A stretch of 64,000 nucleotides of DNA from Octopus sinensis (GCF_006345805.1 NC_043009.1:6324001-6388000), one strand, 5' to 3'; counted from the first letter of the stretch, positions 14,300 to 28,170 are shown. Translations and numbers: made by a program. The notes: a model not told the origin generated them from the letters alone.

Positions 14300-14950
14300 A
14301 TAGAATCTAAAATGAAAATAACATCCTTCCGTTACGCTTGTACATCAACAACCAGCAGTGGATGTAAACACCTACACTGGGAGGGAACCTGCAAAAATCA
14401 GAGGAATGATAAAGCTTGTCTGATTTACAAAATAAATATAGTAAGGATGCTTATGTACTTAGAGTTCATAGAAAATGTTGCAACATATTCTAGAACACAA
14501 GAACGACAAAATTCTACACTGCACCAAAAGAAATTAAGGAAATACGCAACAGATCTGAATATAACCCTTGATATAAGTGAGCAGCAGGGAAAAAGTGGCT
14601 GCTGTGCTAAGCAAAAACATCAACCTGTTAACCAACAAAAGGTCAAAAACAATATGGAGACTGCGGAGGCAAAAACGTCTGCGTGAACGCTACGTGCTCG
14701 AAAACAGATGCATCTATATATACTAAGGAAAGAAAGGAAAGAATAATATGTATCCATCAGTGTCTGAGATGTAGAAGGAGAGAAATTGCACAGAAGGCTG
14801 AACAAGACCAATGCTTGCTTTCCAGAAACAACGGAGTCCATATCTTAAATATTGTGTTGACCGAAATGGAAGTTTTGATACTAATAGTGTAAAGCTGTGC
14901 TGTTTCGAACTGTACGATACCGACACCAAATGACTATTAACATTGCCATG
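14300..14950 (+). mobile_element. R4/Dong-like (RLE-clade) non-LTR retrotransposon 3' remnant
   Basis: Frameshifted fragments KMLQHILEHKNDKILH, AEQDQCLLSRNNGVHILN (cf. AAQDQ-L-TRNY) and a following CKLC-like zinc-knuckle remnant, in the order expected for R4-like ORFs. Confidence 0.5.
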
Positions 14951-15804
14951 ACAAAGTGTCACTACATATACAGTTAGAATTATGCAAGCACTACAAATTA
15001 AAAACAGGTATAAGCACTATGCAAATCTAAAATGAAATGAAAATGCGGTAGCAATAGTTTTGAGATTTAAAAGTTGTGATAGATATGATAATTCGAACAA
15101 ATAGTCAAGATGCAATCTCCAACAGCAGAAAATATGAAACTTCGTATATGATTCCTATTAATATTCCATCAGAGAAAAAAAAGAACTTATCACAACAAGA
15201 ATGTGCTAAAGTAAATAATTACAAATCCTTACAAATAGGAATTATAATATTTTTATTTTATTTCATCTAGTCTCAGCTCACGAGCTGTGGCCATGCTGGG
15301 GCACCGCCATATATGCGGCTTCTCAAACCGTAAACAGTTCCATTCAAAATAGGGCTTCATTTATGATGCAAAAAGTGCGTAAAACCATCATAGTAAAGTC
15401 TCGGGTGAGCAAATTTTCCTCGAAATTTTAAAGATATTGTTCGTTAACCTTTTAAATATACAAGAAAGAATTATCTTCCTTTAAATGAGAGTTACAGATG
15501 ATCTGTAAATTTATACGTTATAGCTTAACAGTAGGAACTTTCTTTCCTAATAGATGAAAAACTATTCATCAAAAAACTGCAACATTAATGCTATGCGTAC
15601 AATGCACGCTTTTCTAGCGGTAAATAATGTACTTTTGTGGCAGCCGTATCTAGGAAACTGGAATCAACTATTCACTCACTAGCTTTCTCTCGCTGCAAGA
15701 CATTGGTACGCGAATAATTAATATGCAGGAAAAAAAGAACGAATGAGGATACAACAACAACAAATACCGCTACTACCACTACTACAAGTAAATGAAGAAG
15801 AATA

Positions 15805-15806
15805 AC

Positions 15807-15845
<39 letters not shown>

Positions 15846-16080
15846 AAGAAGAAGAAGAAGAAGAAGAAGAGGTAGAAGAAGAAGAAATGGGGAGGAGGAG
15901 ATATGATCACGATATTAATAAGAGTTGTAGATGTAACGACAACAATCATAATAACAATAAAAACATCAACTACGACGATGATGTATATGCCGATGGAGGT
16001 GGTGGTGCGCATGATGTTGATGGTGATGATGATGATGACTACGACGACGAGGAGGATGATAGCAACAACAAGTTACCTTA
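15805..16080. repeat. Compound (TAG)n/(AAG)n/(GAT)n microsatellite
   Basis: Directly visible. Confidence 0.9.
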
Positions 16081-16967
16081 ATCGTAATAATAAGAATATG
16101 TAACCTAGGTGAACTTAATTGCATAAATATCATTGTACAAAAGCTATATCATTATTGCAATTCTATTCCAGTATCCTTGCAATTAGATAATCGCAAGAAC
16201 ATTATATATCTGCATGTGAATGATTTTGTCAAATGAAGCGCTTTATGTTCTAAGATTACGATTGTTTTTTTTTTTTTGGCATTTGTTTCATGGAGATACT
16301 TCGGGGAAATTTTATAATAACTGTGGCGTTTCTATTTGAATGGAACACAAGGGATACGCTGTTAGATTGATGTGAGAATTTTGTATGAGCATAGTTTTTT
16401 TTCTTTTATTATTTTCCTACTGGAAAAGATTCGCTACTCAGAACAAACGCCACTTTCAATTAAGAGAACATTTCGGCTGACAACTGTTTATCTCTTTTAC
16501 ACCGGCTTTCAAAAGTCCCTTAATTAGTTATAAGTCTTTCTTGTTTCGCAATTTTTTGAAGATGTACACGCTGATATGTTTTACAATGTAGTAACAAGGC
16601 TTTGATATATGATAAAAAAAAATAACAATACGCTTAGAATGTGATATAAGCTTAAAGACATGTGTATACGTATTAATAAATACATATAGCACCCGTTTAA
16701 CTTCTGCGCATGATTCATATTATCAGAACCACAGCTGGTGGAATCCATATTTTATCGTATTAACACAAATATGGTGACGGTTCGCATCCAAGCAGCTGCA
16801 ATGCGTTGATTTAATTGACATAACTTTTAAATCACATACGAATCTGTTTTGCTATCGAAAATGAAGAAGAGCGAAATGATCCGCATTATAAGTTCTGTAT
16901 TCTTTGATTATACCTCTAGAGAATTCCTAGTGTGAAAAGTAATGAGTCCATATTTTAGCAGGGCTAG

Positions 16968-17059
<92 letters not shown>

Positions 17060-17453
17060 AAGTGAGGAAGAAACTCAGCATTTTTAATAAAATACATTAA
17101 TACCAAGAAGATATTTTTTTCGTTTTTTTTTTGTGCAATTGCAATTGACGAAACCGCAGCTGTACGAAAAGTGTTCCTATACGGGCATCCTCTGTAATTT
17201 CTCGCTCTCTCTAAAATGTCGGAAGAAATATAGTGATTACCTAATGTTCCTTCTTTAAACGTTATGAGACGTGTGAGATGTGGGATCTATATTTATAACG
17301 GGTAGACGCCACCGTGTGTCTTTCCCACTGGCTCGAATTTAACGGTGTGAATATCTACCGAAGCCAAATGATTCAGAGGTTCATAATTTTTTGTCAGAAA
17401 GTTTTCTCCTTTAACACTCATATACATAGATTCAAACATGATATATAGCGATA

Positions 17454-17519
<66 letters not shown>

Positions 17520-17594
17520 TATACATATGTGTGTGTGTGTGTGTGAGTGAGTATGTGGATATTTAAGTATACATATATGATACATATACATAAA

Positions 17595-17627
<33 letters not shown>

Positions 17628-17683
17628 GTGTGTGTGTCTATATGTATGAATGTATATATGTACGTATATATATCTGTATACAA

Positions 17684-17720
<37 letters not shown>

Positions 17721-17840
17721 CATTCATAAATAGAGTTCTCTCTTTTTCTCTTTCCGTATATCCATTCTATATTCACATGTATGCCAAATATAATCTCTCT
17801 CATTATATGTGTGTATGTGTGTCCCGTATATGTCTATAAA

Positions 17841-17920
<80 letters not shown>

Positions 17921-17923
<3 letters not shown>

Positions 17924-18018
17924 TACAGCAGAAAACACTTGCCCAAGTTGGCACGCAGTGAGACTGAACTCGGAATCATGTGCTTGGTAAGCAAGCCACT
18001 CACCACACAGCCACTCCT
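17921..18018 (-). mobile_element. SINE family B, 5' head only (tRNA-like head plus CORE-like start)
   Basis: Reverse complement reads ggagtggctgtgtggtgagtggcttgcttaccaagcacatgattccgagttcagtctcactgcgtgccaacttgggcaagtgt, matching the heads at 53502 and 59503. Confidence 0.85.
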
Positions 18019-18688
18019 GCATCTATATCTATTTAAAGATACATACGTGGACACACATGCACACACATATATAATTCCAGAGATTATATTTTTACTATTT
18101 AACATGTATGTGAATATAGAATTGATATACGGGAAGAGAAAATGAGAGAACTATACAAATAGAAACATAGATGTCAAGATATGAAGGTAGAATAGCCAAT
18201 GCATAAAATGTTTACAATATATATATCCATTTATACTAAGACAACGAGTTAGATAGAACATTTAATTTTTCGCCGAATTCAACTGAATATAATCTACGTT
18301 AGTGTAGTATAGAATCTGTTAGATATTTTAGTCTGATTAATTTAGACACCACATACTTAATATTGACATTATTTTGTATAATCTGTAAGATATTATACAT
18401 TCGTGTATAAAAGACAAAACATGTATTTTTCTGCAATGCTCAGTATTTTGAAACAATGCAAAATTATGAAAGTAGAATCACTTCCGCGTTTCAAGAAATT
18501 CTAAACTAAATTCCATCAAGAAAAGATATTGATTAAAAATTTCACGAGCTCGGGAATGAACGTTAGTCATTGCAGACGTGATCTTTTATTCCACAGTTTA
18601 GTGTAGACTGGTTTATAAATATATATATTATATATAATATATATATATATATACATATATGTATTTATGTATATATATATACATATAT

Positions 18689-18736
<48 letters not shown>

Positions 18737-18947
18737 CAGTTAAGTAGATGAGCAATTGTGTATCTAAAATAAACATTAACAAATTGTGGAATACTGGACA
18801 AAAAAAACACAATTATTTGAACTGATTATTAGAGTTTCTAATCATTCGAATAGCCGAGCTTTCTTTACCTGACATTCGACTAATTGTAATTTGCACACAT
18901 GCGCTAAGGCACTATCATACACCTGATCATAAAAGCATTTCATATGC

Positions 18948-18993
<46 letters not shown>

Positions 18994-19576
18994 TGTGTGT
19001 GTGTGTGTGTGTCTGTGTGTGAGTGTGAGTGTATAAACATATATGCATAAATATAGATATATACATACATATACATATAAATATATATAGATATACATAT
19101 ATATATATATAGACATATATGCGTGTATATATGTATGTATGCGTATAAATATATATAGGTGCATATATATATACATACATACAAGCACACATACACCGAT
19201 TCACCCATATATGTATGTGTGTATATAAAGACGCAGGACAGACAGATCGAGAGGGAGACTGATAGATGAATATCTAGATATGCATCTATACATGTGTGAT
19301 ATTTGTAAATCTTAACTTTTTGTGTTACAAAATACTCTGAGATAATACCAATGTTTTCTTTAAATGTTTTGGATGTGGGAGAGAATCTAGATTGTTTTAT
19401 AAATTGCTTTATTTTTGCATTTTGTATTTTCTCAGGCATGTTCTGTTTGTATTCAAGGACATCATTCGTGCCTTTGGGTATAAGAGTCATCTCTCCCATC
19501 AGTTCCACTGTATTTAGCGAACAGCACCGAAAAACGATTTGTATATTTTTCTTATACCGAAAACTGTCTATTGCAG

Positions 19577-19690
19577 CTGTTGTCATTGAAGATATGCCGC
19601 TACTCACTAAGTACAACATGTCATTGGATGCACACTGGAGGTCGGTTTGCGTAGTTTCTGACAAGGTTTTCGAATACAAAAAGCAAACAG
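19577..19690 (+). CDS. Candidate internal exon (114 nt, phase 1-1) with a possible FN3-like C-terminal half
   Basis: Acceptor ctgtctattgcag and donor cag/gtaaaa. Peptide VVIEDMPLLTKYNMSLDAHWRSVCVVSDKVFEYKKQT resembles the FN3 L-x-P-x-T-x-Y-x-V-x-V-x-A strand. No homology was confirmed. Confidence 0.3.
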
Positions 19691-20157
19691 GTAAAAAAAA
19701 AAAAAAATACAAAAGTAAACCACATTCAAAGAAAAGAGAAAACAAAAAAAAGAAAACAACACAGAACAGAATATGAAATATATAGGGAATTCACCGACTG
19801 AATGCAGATGCAAGCATGAATATAACTATAAGGTAAAGAAAATAGCCAAATAATTACGATTAAATACACAAATACAAATACGCACAGGCTTATATTAGTA
19901 AAAGGAAAAAATGAACGTGTTTTCACACATTCACACAGGAAACAAGACGTAACTAAACAGACAAAAAGCCGGCTGATTTGAAGATTGGCAAATTGATACA
20001 CATGCACAAAAACTATATATAGGTAGATATCTTTACATATGTAGGCATGCATGTATGCATGTACGGAACTATATTTATTTATTTGTATATATATGTACAT
20101 CTATATCTATCTATCTATGTATCTATCTATCTATCTATCTACACTTGTGTACATAAG

Positions 20158-20202
<45 letters not shown>

Positions 20203-21165
20203 TATATATAATATATATATCTATATATGAAAAGGAGAGAGAGAGAAGAAACAGTGATAGATGGATGAATGTGTAATTGTTTAGCGTATAATTTTATATA
20301 TTATTACACACAAATAGACACACATACGCACATAGACACATGTATGTAAAACTTAGTGTATGCGGGAAATGCTGCAGTTTATGTCTTTTGAACGACACAT
20401 ATATATATATACATATATATATATATAATTAATATTTCAATAATATTCTCTATATACATAAGACGAAAACTTGATGTTGAGATCGTATTTGGTATAGCTA
20501 AATGTATGTGTACTATATTGTCGTACATATTTGTATATGTGCGTGTGTATATACACGCACATTTGCAATCCATATGAATTTTCACGCATATAAATACCCA
20601 TGCTTACATAAAATCGTAATGACTGACATTTTTTCGGTATTAAAATATGTATACATGTATTTTCTTTACGTGGGACTACGTGGGAATATTCATTCACGAT
20701 GCATTATATATAATTGCGATAACTCTTAGATATCAGAGGCATTGTACTTACATGGTACTTACATCTCATTCATATGCGTCTAAAATCTTGGGAAATACTT
20801 GACGAAGATTAATCGTTAATTCATGAAATTACGAGTGTATATAAGAGGTTTTATATGTAATTATATATTAAATCTCAATAATACTTTTGCTTCTTCTTCT
20901 TATGTAATTAATGCAATAATTATCTATCCAAATCTATGTCTATATACATTCTGTATTCCTGTATGTGCATATATATAAATATATACATTCACACACACCC
21001 GCAAACACACACGCACACACACACACACATATACCACAACACACATATATATATATATATATATAATATAGATATATATATATATTTTCACTTATAAGTA
21101 TGCATCCCCGCATGTATGTTCAGAGTATTATTGAAGTAATTTATAGACAAATATCTAATTAACAT

Positions 21166-21210
<45 letters not shown>

Positions 21211-21246
21211 TATGTGGGTATGTGTATGTATGTATATATATATATA

Positions 21247-21284
<38 letters not shown>

Positions 21285-21706
21285 AATACATATATACAAA
21301 ATATATATGTATGTATATATGCATATATATATAATGTCTTTTTTACTACCATAAAATCTCAGTACGTTGTGAGGCACATAGCTGACACCTGTTACATTTA
21401 TGTATAATATTTCTACGATAATTTGTAAGCTTTGCCTAATTTTTTTAATTTATTTACTACTGGCGACCTGGTACAATTATTACTGATTTTCCCTATAACA
21501 TTAATATATATATATATGTCTATATATAGATATATATATATAGTATATATATATAATATATATATATATATGGTGCGTGAGTTTATTTGTAAAAAAAAAC
21601 TGACAATAAATAAAATGACCATCCCGAAGTACAACAATATCTGTTTCAACAAACACAATTTCACATCAGGAACATTGCAAAACTAATTGATAAACGTGTG
21701 TGTGTG

Positions 21707-21738
<32 letters not shown>

Positions 21739-22330
21739 GTGTGTGTGTGTGTATGTGTGTGCGCGCGCGAGTGTGTGCGTGTGTGTGTGTGTGTGTCTGT
21801 ATGTATGCATGTATGTATATGTGTTTGTGTATGTGTGTATGCGTGTGTGTACAGTATCTCACCACGGAAGTACATACAACCCTAACATTTTCACTAAAAA
21901 TGCCATTACGCTGATAATATCGTAAGAAGTAAACGAAATTTATACTGAATAAAATATATCATACATGCAAACATTGTTACAAATTTAGAACACAAAACAA
22001 TACACATTTTCAAAGATATGAACGAAATATTAATTTTTAAACATTACCGAAATATCCACACCCTAAAGGAAATTTGATATATTCATTATTTGATCCACTT
22101 TCTTAAAACTAAATTCAGATATTGCTGATAATTTCAATTCTAGTAAATTATTTCCCCTGGCATTTTTGCACCGGTCATTGTTATTGCATCTGCAGCAATT
22201 TTGATTTGTGTACCCTGGTGAAAATACGCTTCATTGTGATTAAAATGGCACCAAAAGAATGAATCGTCTGAATATTTGGGGAATATTATTTCTAATTTGC
22301 ACAAGTATGGATTAGGATACACTTCGGAAC

Positions 22331-22743
22331 TTTTCGGTTTGAACGGCAGTTTTTAACATAATTTCTAGGTAACTAAAAAATTTTAAACTTCATATACTTG
22401 TAGAATGTGTTTATAAAACATCTTATTCTCTTGGTTTTATTGAGAAATTTCTATAGTTTGTAAGATATTTGTTGTATTTTTTGTTCAATTTCTGCAATTT
22501 CAACCAATCAATTACGTGTATTGAGTTAAAAAAAATTCTGTGCCGTATGAATATGTCCCTCGCTTGGGAAACAAATTAGGTTTATTTACATTTGTGAAGA
22601 AAAAAAGATATCCTTCTCCCCACCCCTAACCCTAATCCTAACCCTAAAACAGGTTGAAATGCAATAGATCGATACTAGGGTCATAATTATGGGTGACAAT
22701 TTCATATGACACCGCTAGAAAAAACTGCCGTTGAAGCCGAAAA
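22331..22743. mobile_element. Non-autonomous element with 24-bp inverted ends and an internal (CCCTAA)-like tract; Helentron/HINE-like or MITE
   Basis: ttttcggtttgaacggcagttttt (22331-22354) and aaaaactgccgttgaagccgaaaa (22720-22743) match at 22/24 as an inverted pair. ccctaaccctaatcctaaccctaa lies at ~22624-22647. Confidence 0.75.
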
Positions 22744-22949
22744 GATCCTACACTTCAATTAGCAAATGAATATATATAAGCGTAAACACAGTTACCAAAG
22801 TAATTGAGATGTACAAAGCTACTTGACGGCTAAGCAATAGGTTGTCCTATCTTAACTGCGCGTGATATTCGCTACATTCAACGTTGCCTGATGGACGACA
22901 GGCATCGTACCACGTCATCTTTCGCGCAAGAAGTGTCTTCTGTTAGTGG

Positions 22950-23730
22950 AAATTGTATACACCTAAACACTTCGCTGAAGTTTGCGCCAGTGTGATCTTC
23001 ATGGATGCATTACTGGAAAGAAGCCTCTCTTCACTACCAGGCATGAATCAAGTCGACTTTCTTTGGTTGAACCCTATGTAAGTAAGGGGAAGGGGTTTGG
23101 GATATATTTTTTTTTGTGTGTGACGAGACTAAAATCAACTTGTTTGAGTCAGATTGTATTAAACGAGTATGGCGACGACCATGTGAAGTGAATAACGACA
23201 AACTCACCTTGCCTACCGTGAAACACGGCGGCGAAACTTATAGGCTTTTGGAATGCATGAGTGCGGCTGGTGTGGAAGGACTCACATTTATAGAGAGAAC
23301 AATGGATTCAAGGCTTTATTGGGACATATTGCAGAAAACAATGTTGAAAAGCACCAAGGAACTAGAAAGACATTCCACGTTCAAACATAATAATGGACCT
23401 ACATGCACTTCAAAGATGACGAGTAAGATTTTATCAGATAGAAAGGTAAAGGTATTGCCCTGGCCTACCATGTCACATGTTTTAAACCCAATAGAACATC
23501 TGTGGAGTGTTTTGAAAAGGAAGGTTGAGGAGAAAAAAGCCCGCGATGTAACACAGTGGAAATACATCATTCAGGATGAATTGGAGGTCAATTCCCTTGG
23601 TTATATTCAGAAATGTAGTCGACTCTATGCACAGAAAACTTAATGCAATCATTGAAAACAAAGGTCACACCAAATATTGAATATAGCAAATAAACCTTTA
23701 GGGTCTACATATTTTTGTATCGCTTGATAA
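22950..23730 (+). mobile_element. Tc1-family (DD34E) transposase pseudogene, 5'-truncated
   Basis: LHGCITGKKPLFTTRH, DETKINLF, TVKHGG, FKHNNGP (second D mutated to N), WPTMSHVLNPIEHLW with 34 residues to the E, and a frameshifted AIIENKGHTKY* end. Confidence 0.93.
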
Positions 23731-24035
23731 TAAATATTTCGTTCGTGTCTTTGAAAATGTTTAATGTTTTGCGTTCCAAATTTGCATAATGTTTACCTGT
23801 ATAATATATTTTATTCAGTATAAATGTCTTTTGATTTCCGTCGATATTGACAGATAATGGTAATTTTACTGAAATTATTTAGCACTAAATATATATATAT
23901 ATATATATATATAGCGATAAATATATATATATATAGTGTAATATATATATATATATACACATATATATACATATACATACATACATATATATACATATAT
24001 ATAAACACATATATATAATATACATAAACATCAAC

Positions 24036-24071
<36 letters not shown>

Positions 24072-24397
24072 GCTAAGAGGGGGAAGGAGGATGAAAGATA
24101 TACAATAAAATTTACCATGTTCGTGTATATTCCCAAATGGAAAGGCATAAGCGGCAGAAATTCTCTCTCTCCCATAAAATATGTTCTCTTTAACAAGAAT
24201 ATGCAGGGAAAACAAAGTGTCTTGCATGTGTCTTTCGAGGTACAAGAGTACTCAAACATTTTAAATCTAATTCCACTCCGCTATACTCGAGACGGTTTCC
24301 TCAAATGTGCGTGTGTGTGTGTCTTTGTATGTGGTGTATGTGTGTTTGTATGTGGTGTGTGTGTGTCTGTGTCTGTGTTTGTGTGTGTATGTGTGCG

Positions 24398-24439
<42 letters not shown>

Positions 24440-25161
24440 TGCATGTGTGTGTGTGCGTGTGTGTATATACAGTTTGATTCAGTGACCTAACTTTAATGTC
24501 GATATTTTATTTATACACAAAATAACAGCTGAAATATTTCTGTGGTAACAGTATTCGAAGGAGACAATCACAGCTTCACGATCTGCTAATTTCTTTAGTT
24601 AAATTACAACATATTACAAACTTATAACTGAGACAGCGAATAGGGCTTACTTTATTATGCATCTCCCTATAACTTTAATAGCATACATGTATCGCCGTAA
24701 TGAAAATGTGTAGAGAAACAGAATGCCGCATTAGTTAACTAGGAACTTTTATAAATTCTATTATTGAGTTTTCCCCTAAGATACAAGCGCGCAAATTTAG
24801 AGGTGAATGAAAACAATTGGTGTGTGATATACGTCATTCTCCTGAGCATTACGTGCAGATTTATGTGAATTGCTCTAAACTCAAATGGATGCAGTTTGGG
24901 AAGCCTCTCACAAAGGATCATTGCATATTATCATCTTATGAACCGATTCGTAACGGTGTTTCTGAAATGAAGTTATGACTGATAATAGTTAAGCATTGAT
25001 ATTCTGTCAATTGTGTTGGGTAACATTTAACGTCATCCCATCTTGCTAATATAGTTTAGAATCGCATTAACATCCTTATAACTTAATATTCTATGTGTTT
25101 ACATGTGTGAACGTGATCTAAATAATACCGAAGTAATAATAACAACAACAAAAATAACAAC

Positions 25162-25193
<32 letters not shown>

Positions 25194-26253
25194 CATTAAC
25201 AACAACAGGAATAGTAAAAAACAATACTATGATAATATTCCAACAAGCTGATTTCTATGATTTATGTTTAAGCATTACATATGCTACTAAAGTTATATAG
25301 AATGCTTTCCAGAGAGAAAAATCCATTCTATAAATATATCAATAATTCTCTTGGTAAAATATAGAAACATGGGAATTTTCACTCATATTCACTCGGCGAT
25401 GCTTTACAGAGCAACACATCCACATTTATTTATAGTCTGACAATTTTTCCTTTGTTATAGTCCAACGTTTAAGAAAGTGCAAAAGCAGGTGATTTATGTA
25501 TAAATTCTCCAAACATTCGACTAAAACAAATCTTGTGCGATTCACGAACAAATCGTACGATACTGGAGGCGGTTAATTTCAAAAACATCTACTTGGAAAC
25601 GTTTCATTAAATTTTGTATTATACTCATATAAATCTGATTTGGAATGTGTACAGCCTGAAACTAGAGACGAGGCTTTGTATGCAAAATATTATATAAGTT
25701 AGGAATTCTCGTCGAAGTTTCTTTTGTCATCATATATCACTCGTTCGAAAAACCTAACATGGAAAATTCAGAATAATTCTACATATACATATTTTTTTTT
25801 TCAAATCCCCGTCAAATTCTAAAGTGGTTAAATGCGATATATGAGACACATTGTTATCAGAAGAAGAGTAAGCATAATTATCATTCTACATACATCAATA
25901 TATATATGTATATATATATATATATATAGAAAGAAACATAGACAGAAAGAAAGAAAAAAAATAGATAAATAGATAGATAGATAGTTAGATAGATAGATAG
26001 AGAGGTAGCTAGATAGACAGGCACACAGACAAACAAACTGATAGCTAGATTCACAGATATATGCAAAGTACGATGCTCCACGCCCTCCAGTTCCTTATGA
26101 AAATTTACAATGGAATAATACAATATGCATGTATACACACACACACACACACATATATATGTATATATATATACAGATATATATATTTACATGGGAGGTG
26201 AGAGAGATAAAATAATGTGAGATACATACATATTTATATAAAATATACACACA

Positions 26254-26309
<56 letters not shown>

Positions 26310-26319
26310 ATATATATAC

Positions 26320-26500
26320 AGGTGAATTCACGAAAAAAAAACATGAAGACTGGTGTGGTGTAGACAACGAACAGATGTATGAGTATAACGCTCGGGTAGT
26401 GAAAACGTGTTTAACGTTTCGAGCCCACGCTCTTCCACAGAAAAGAACACGGAAAGAAACAAGGAGAGAAAATGAAGAATGTGTAGTGGCTAGCGATTTT
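26320..26500 (-). mobile_element. Short PLE pseudo-LTR-like repeat (family H) with a minimal hammerhead fold
   Basis: Reverse complement gtgttcttttCTGTGGAagagcgtgggctcGAAACgttaaacac; homologous to 48061-48230 and 59133-59325; abuts (TA)n. Confidence 0.8.
26407..26450 (-). ncRNA. Minimal type I hammerhead-ribozyme-like motif with variant core CUGUGGA
   Basis: Perfect helix II gagc-gtgg-gctc, GAAAC, palindromic ACGU helix III, GUU triplet and a bulged helix I (ttt/aaa plus gtg/cac). A6 of CUGANGA is replaced by U. Confidence 0.5.
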
Positions 26501-26953
26501 TCCATTCAACAGCATTAACACAGAGATGCCTTGTTTATATATTCCGCCTTGATTTTGCTGTGTTATTAGCTGCAAAGTTAAGAAAAGAATTCACACTCTG
26601 AGCGATAATCTCTAGAGACAGGAAGGAAGGTAGATAACTATAATACCATCATCTAAACCAAATTTTGGAATATATAAGGAAGGCAGCTCGGTGTTAATAT
26701 TGTTGAATGCAGATGAGTGTACTTCGTTCTTGTTAGAACTATTGAGCAAAACCTATTCTCATTTTTTTAGCTGTACGTTGATTTGTAAGGTACTTGTTTG
26801 TCAATGGATAGCGAGGTCAATCTCACTTTTTTAAGAGTTTTTCTTGTCAGTTTATTATGTATATCTTACTATAATAGATACGAGTTGTTTTATTTGTGTA
26901 TGTGTATACGCATATAAACACTGGCAAGCGTACACCCCACCCATATATATATG

Positions 26954-26999
<46 letters not shown>

Positions 27000-27023
27000 T
27001 TGTATCCGACGCTCCAAACAAAA

Positions 27024-27092
27024 GGCGCGTCCTCACTATTATATATAATATATATACTGGTGTATGTGAATATACATACACACACACGCCAC

Positions 27093-27152
<60 letters not shown>

Positions 27153-27347
27153 TATATATATACATATGTGTGCGTGTGTGTGTATGTATATCACATACAC
27201 ACACACGCACATATGTATATATATATGTATATATATATATATAATATATATATATGTATATATACATATATATATACATATGTGTGCGTGTGTGTGTATG
27301 TATATTCACATACACCAGTATTATATATAATAGTGAGGACGCATGCC
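27024..27347. repeat. Local inverted duplication (foldback) around a (TA)n tract
   Basis: ggcgcgtcctcactattatatataa..tactggtgtatgtgaatatacatacacacacacgc (from 27024) is the reverse complement of gcgtgtgtgtgtatgtatattcacatacaccagtattatatataatagtgaggacgcatgcc (to 27347). Confidence 0.9.
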
Positions 27348-28096
27348 TTTTTGATTGGAGAGTCGGCTTACAATCGGGGAGTTCCGAACTGGATTCTTGG
27401 ACAGGGCTCTCTGTTTTGTTTTTGACACCTTATTTCACGCTCCTGAAGTTCACTTAATTGTGAAAATTAGTTGTCACTGGAGACACTTTGTATCTGTCTT
27501 TGACTTGGACAACGTCGATGGTTTGGAGAGGAGAAATTGGTATGCATGTGTGCCTGTTGGACTTCCACAAGCAACCTTGCCAGGAGGGGAAGATTCTGGA
27601 CACGGTACAATGTTCACGAGTGTGTATTATGTGTGTATTTCGTGTTACAAATTGTTAGAATGAGTATGTGTATTTAGTATGAGACGACAGACAGACGGAC
27701 GGACGAATGGATGGATGGATAAAAAATTCTATTCCATGAATCACTCTATTTTCGAACCCCTATTATGATATCCACATTCCAATCTATATAATTCGAATTA
27801 AAAGACAGAAAATTATGGGTAGCCAAAAGGTTCCCGAGTTCCATATTATGGTCAGATCCTTGCTGAGTAGAATTTTTTATAATACTGTTCTGTATTCTCG
27901 AGATGGGGTATTCTGTACACTATTTACAGTATTTACATTGGACAGATATGTGGCCTCATCTTGTCTGTTGTTACCACGTTTCGGCTGATTTCCATCCTTC
28001 ATTAGGTGTCCTGGTAGAATTTTGAACCCAGCCTTAGGTTCTTGTGCCTAAAGTATTATTTTTTTCTTTTTTGGTGATAATATTATTTTTTTTCTT

Positions 28097-28170
28097 CAAG
28101 GCACTGACTGGGAGTGAACTCGAAATTTTGGTGCCAGTAGCCCGCATTTTTAACCACTACGCTATATGCC
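28097..28170 (-). mobile_element. tRNA-like SINE head inserted in the PLE remnant
   Basis: Reverse complement ggcatatagcgtagtggttaaaaatgcgggctactggcaccaaaatttcgagttcactcccagtcagtgcc has A-box-like (tagcgtagtgg) and B-box-like (gagttcactcc) motifs but no intact cloverleaf. Confidence 0.6.

Noticed and set aside
14890-14915. THAP-like SCAVSNC
   Set aside because: No start codon or downstream THAP residues; it lies within the R4-like knuckle region.
22150-22225. Transmembrane-like ISPGIFAPVIVIASAAILICV
   Set aside because: The frame is closed by TAA immediately after the only acceptor and by TGA downstream.
28097-28170. Functional tRNA gene (also considered for the SINE heads)
   Set aside because: A and B boxes are present, but acceptor and anticodon stems do not pair; these are SINE heads.
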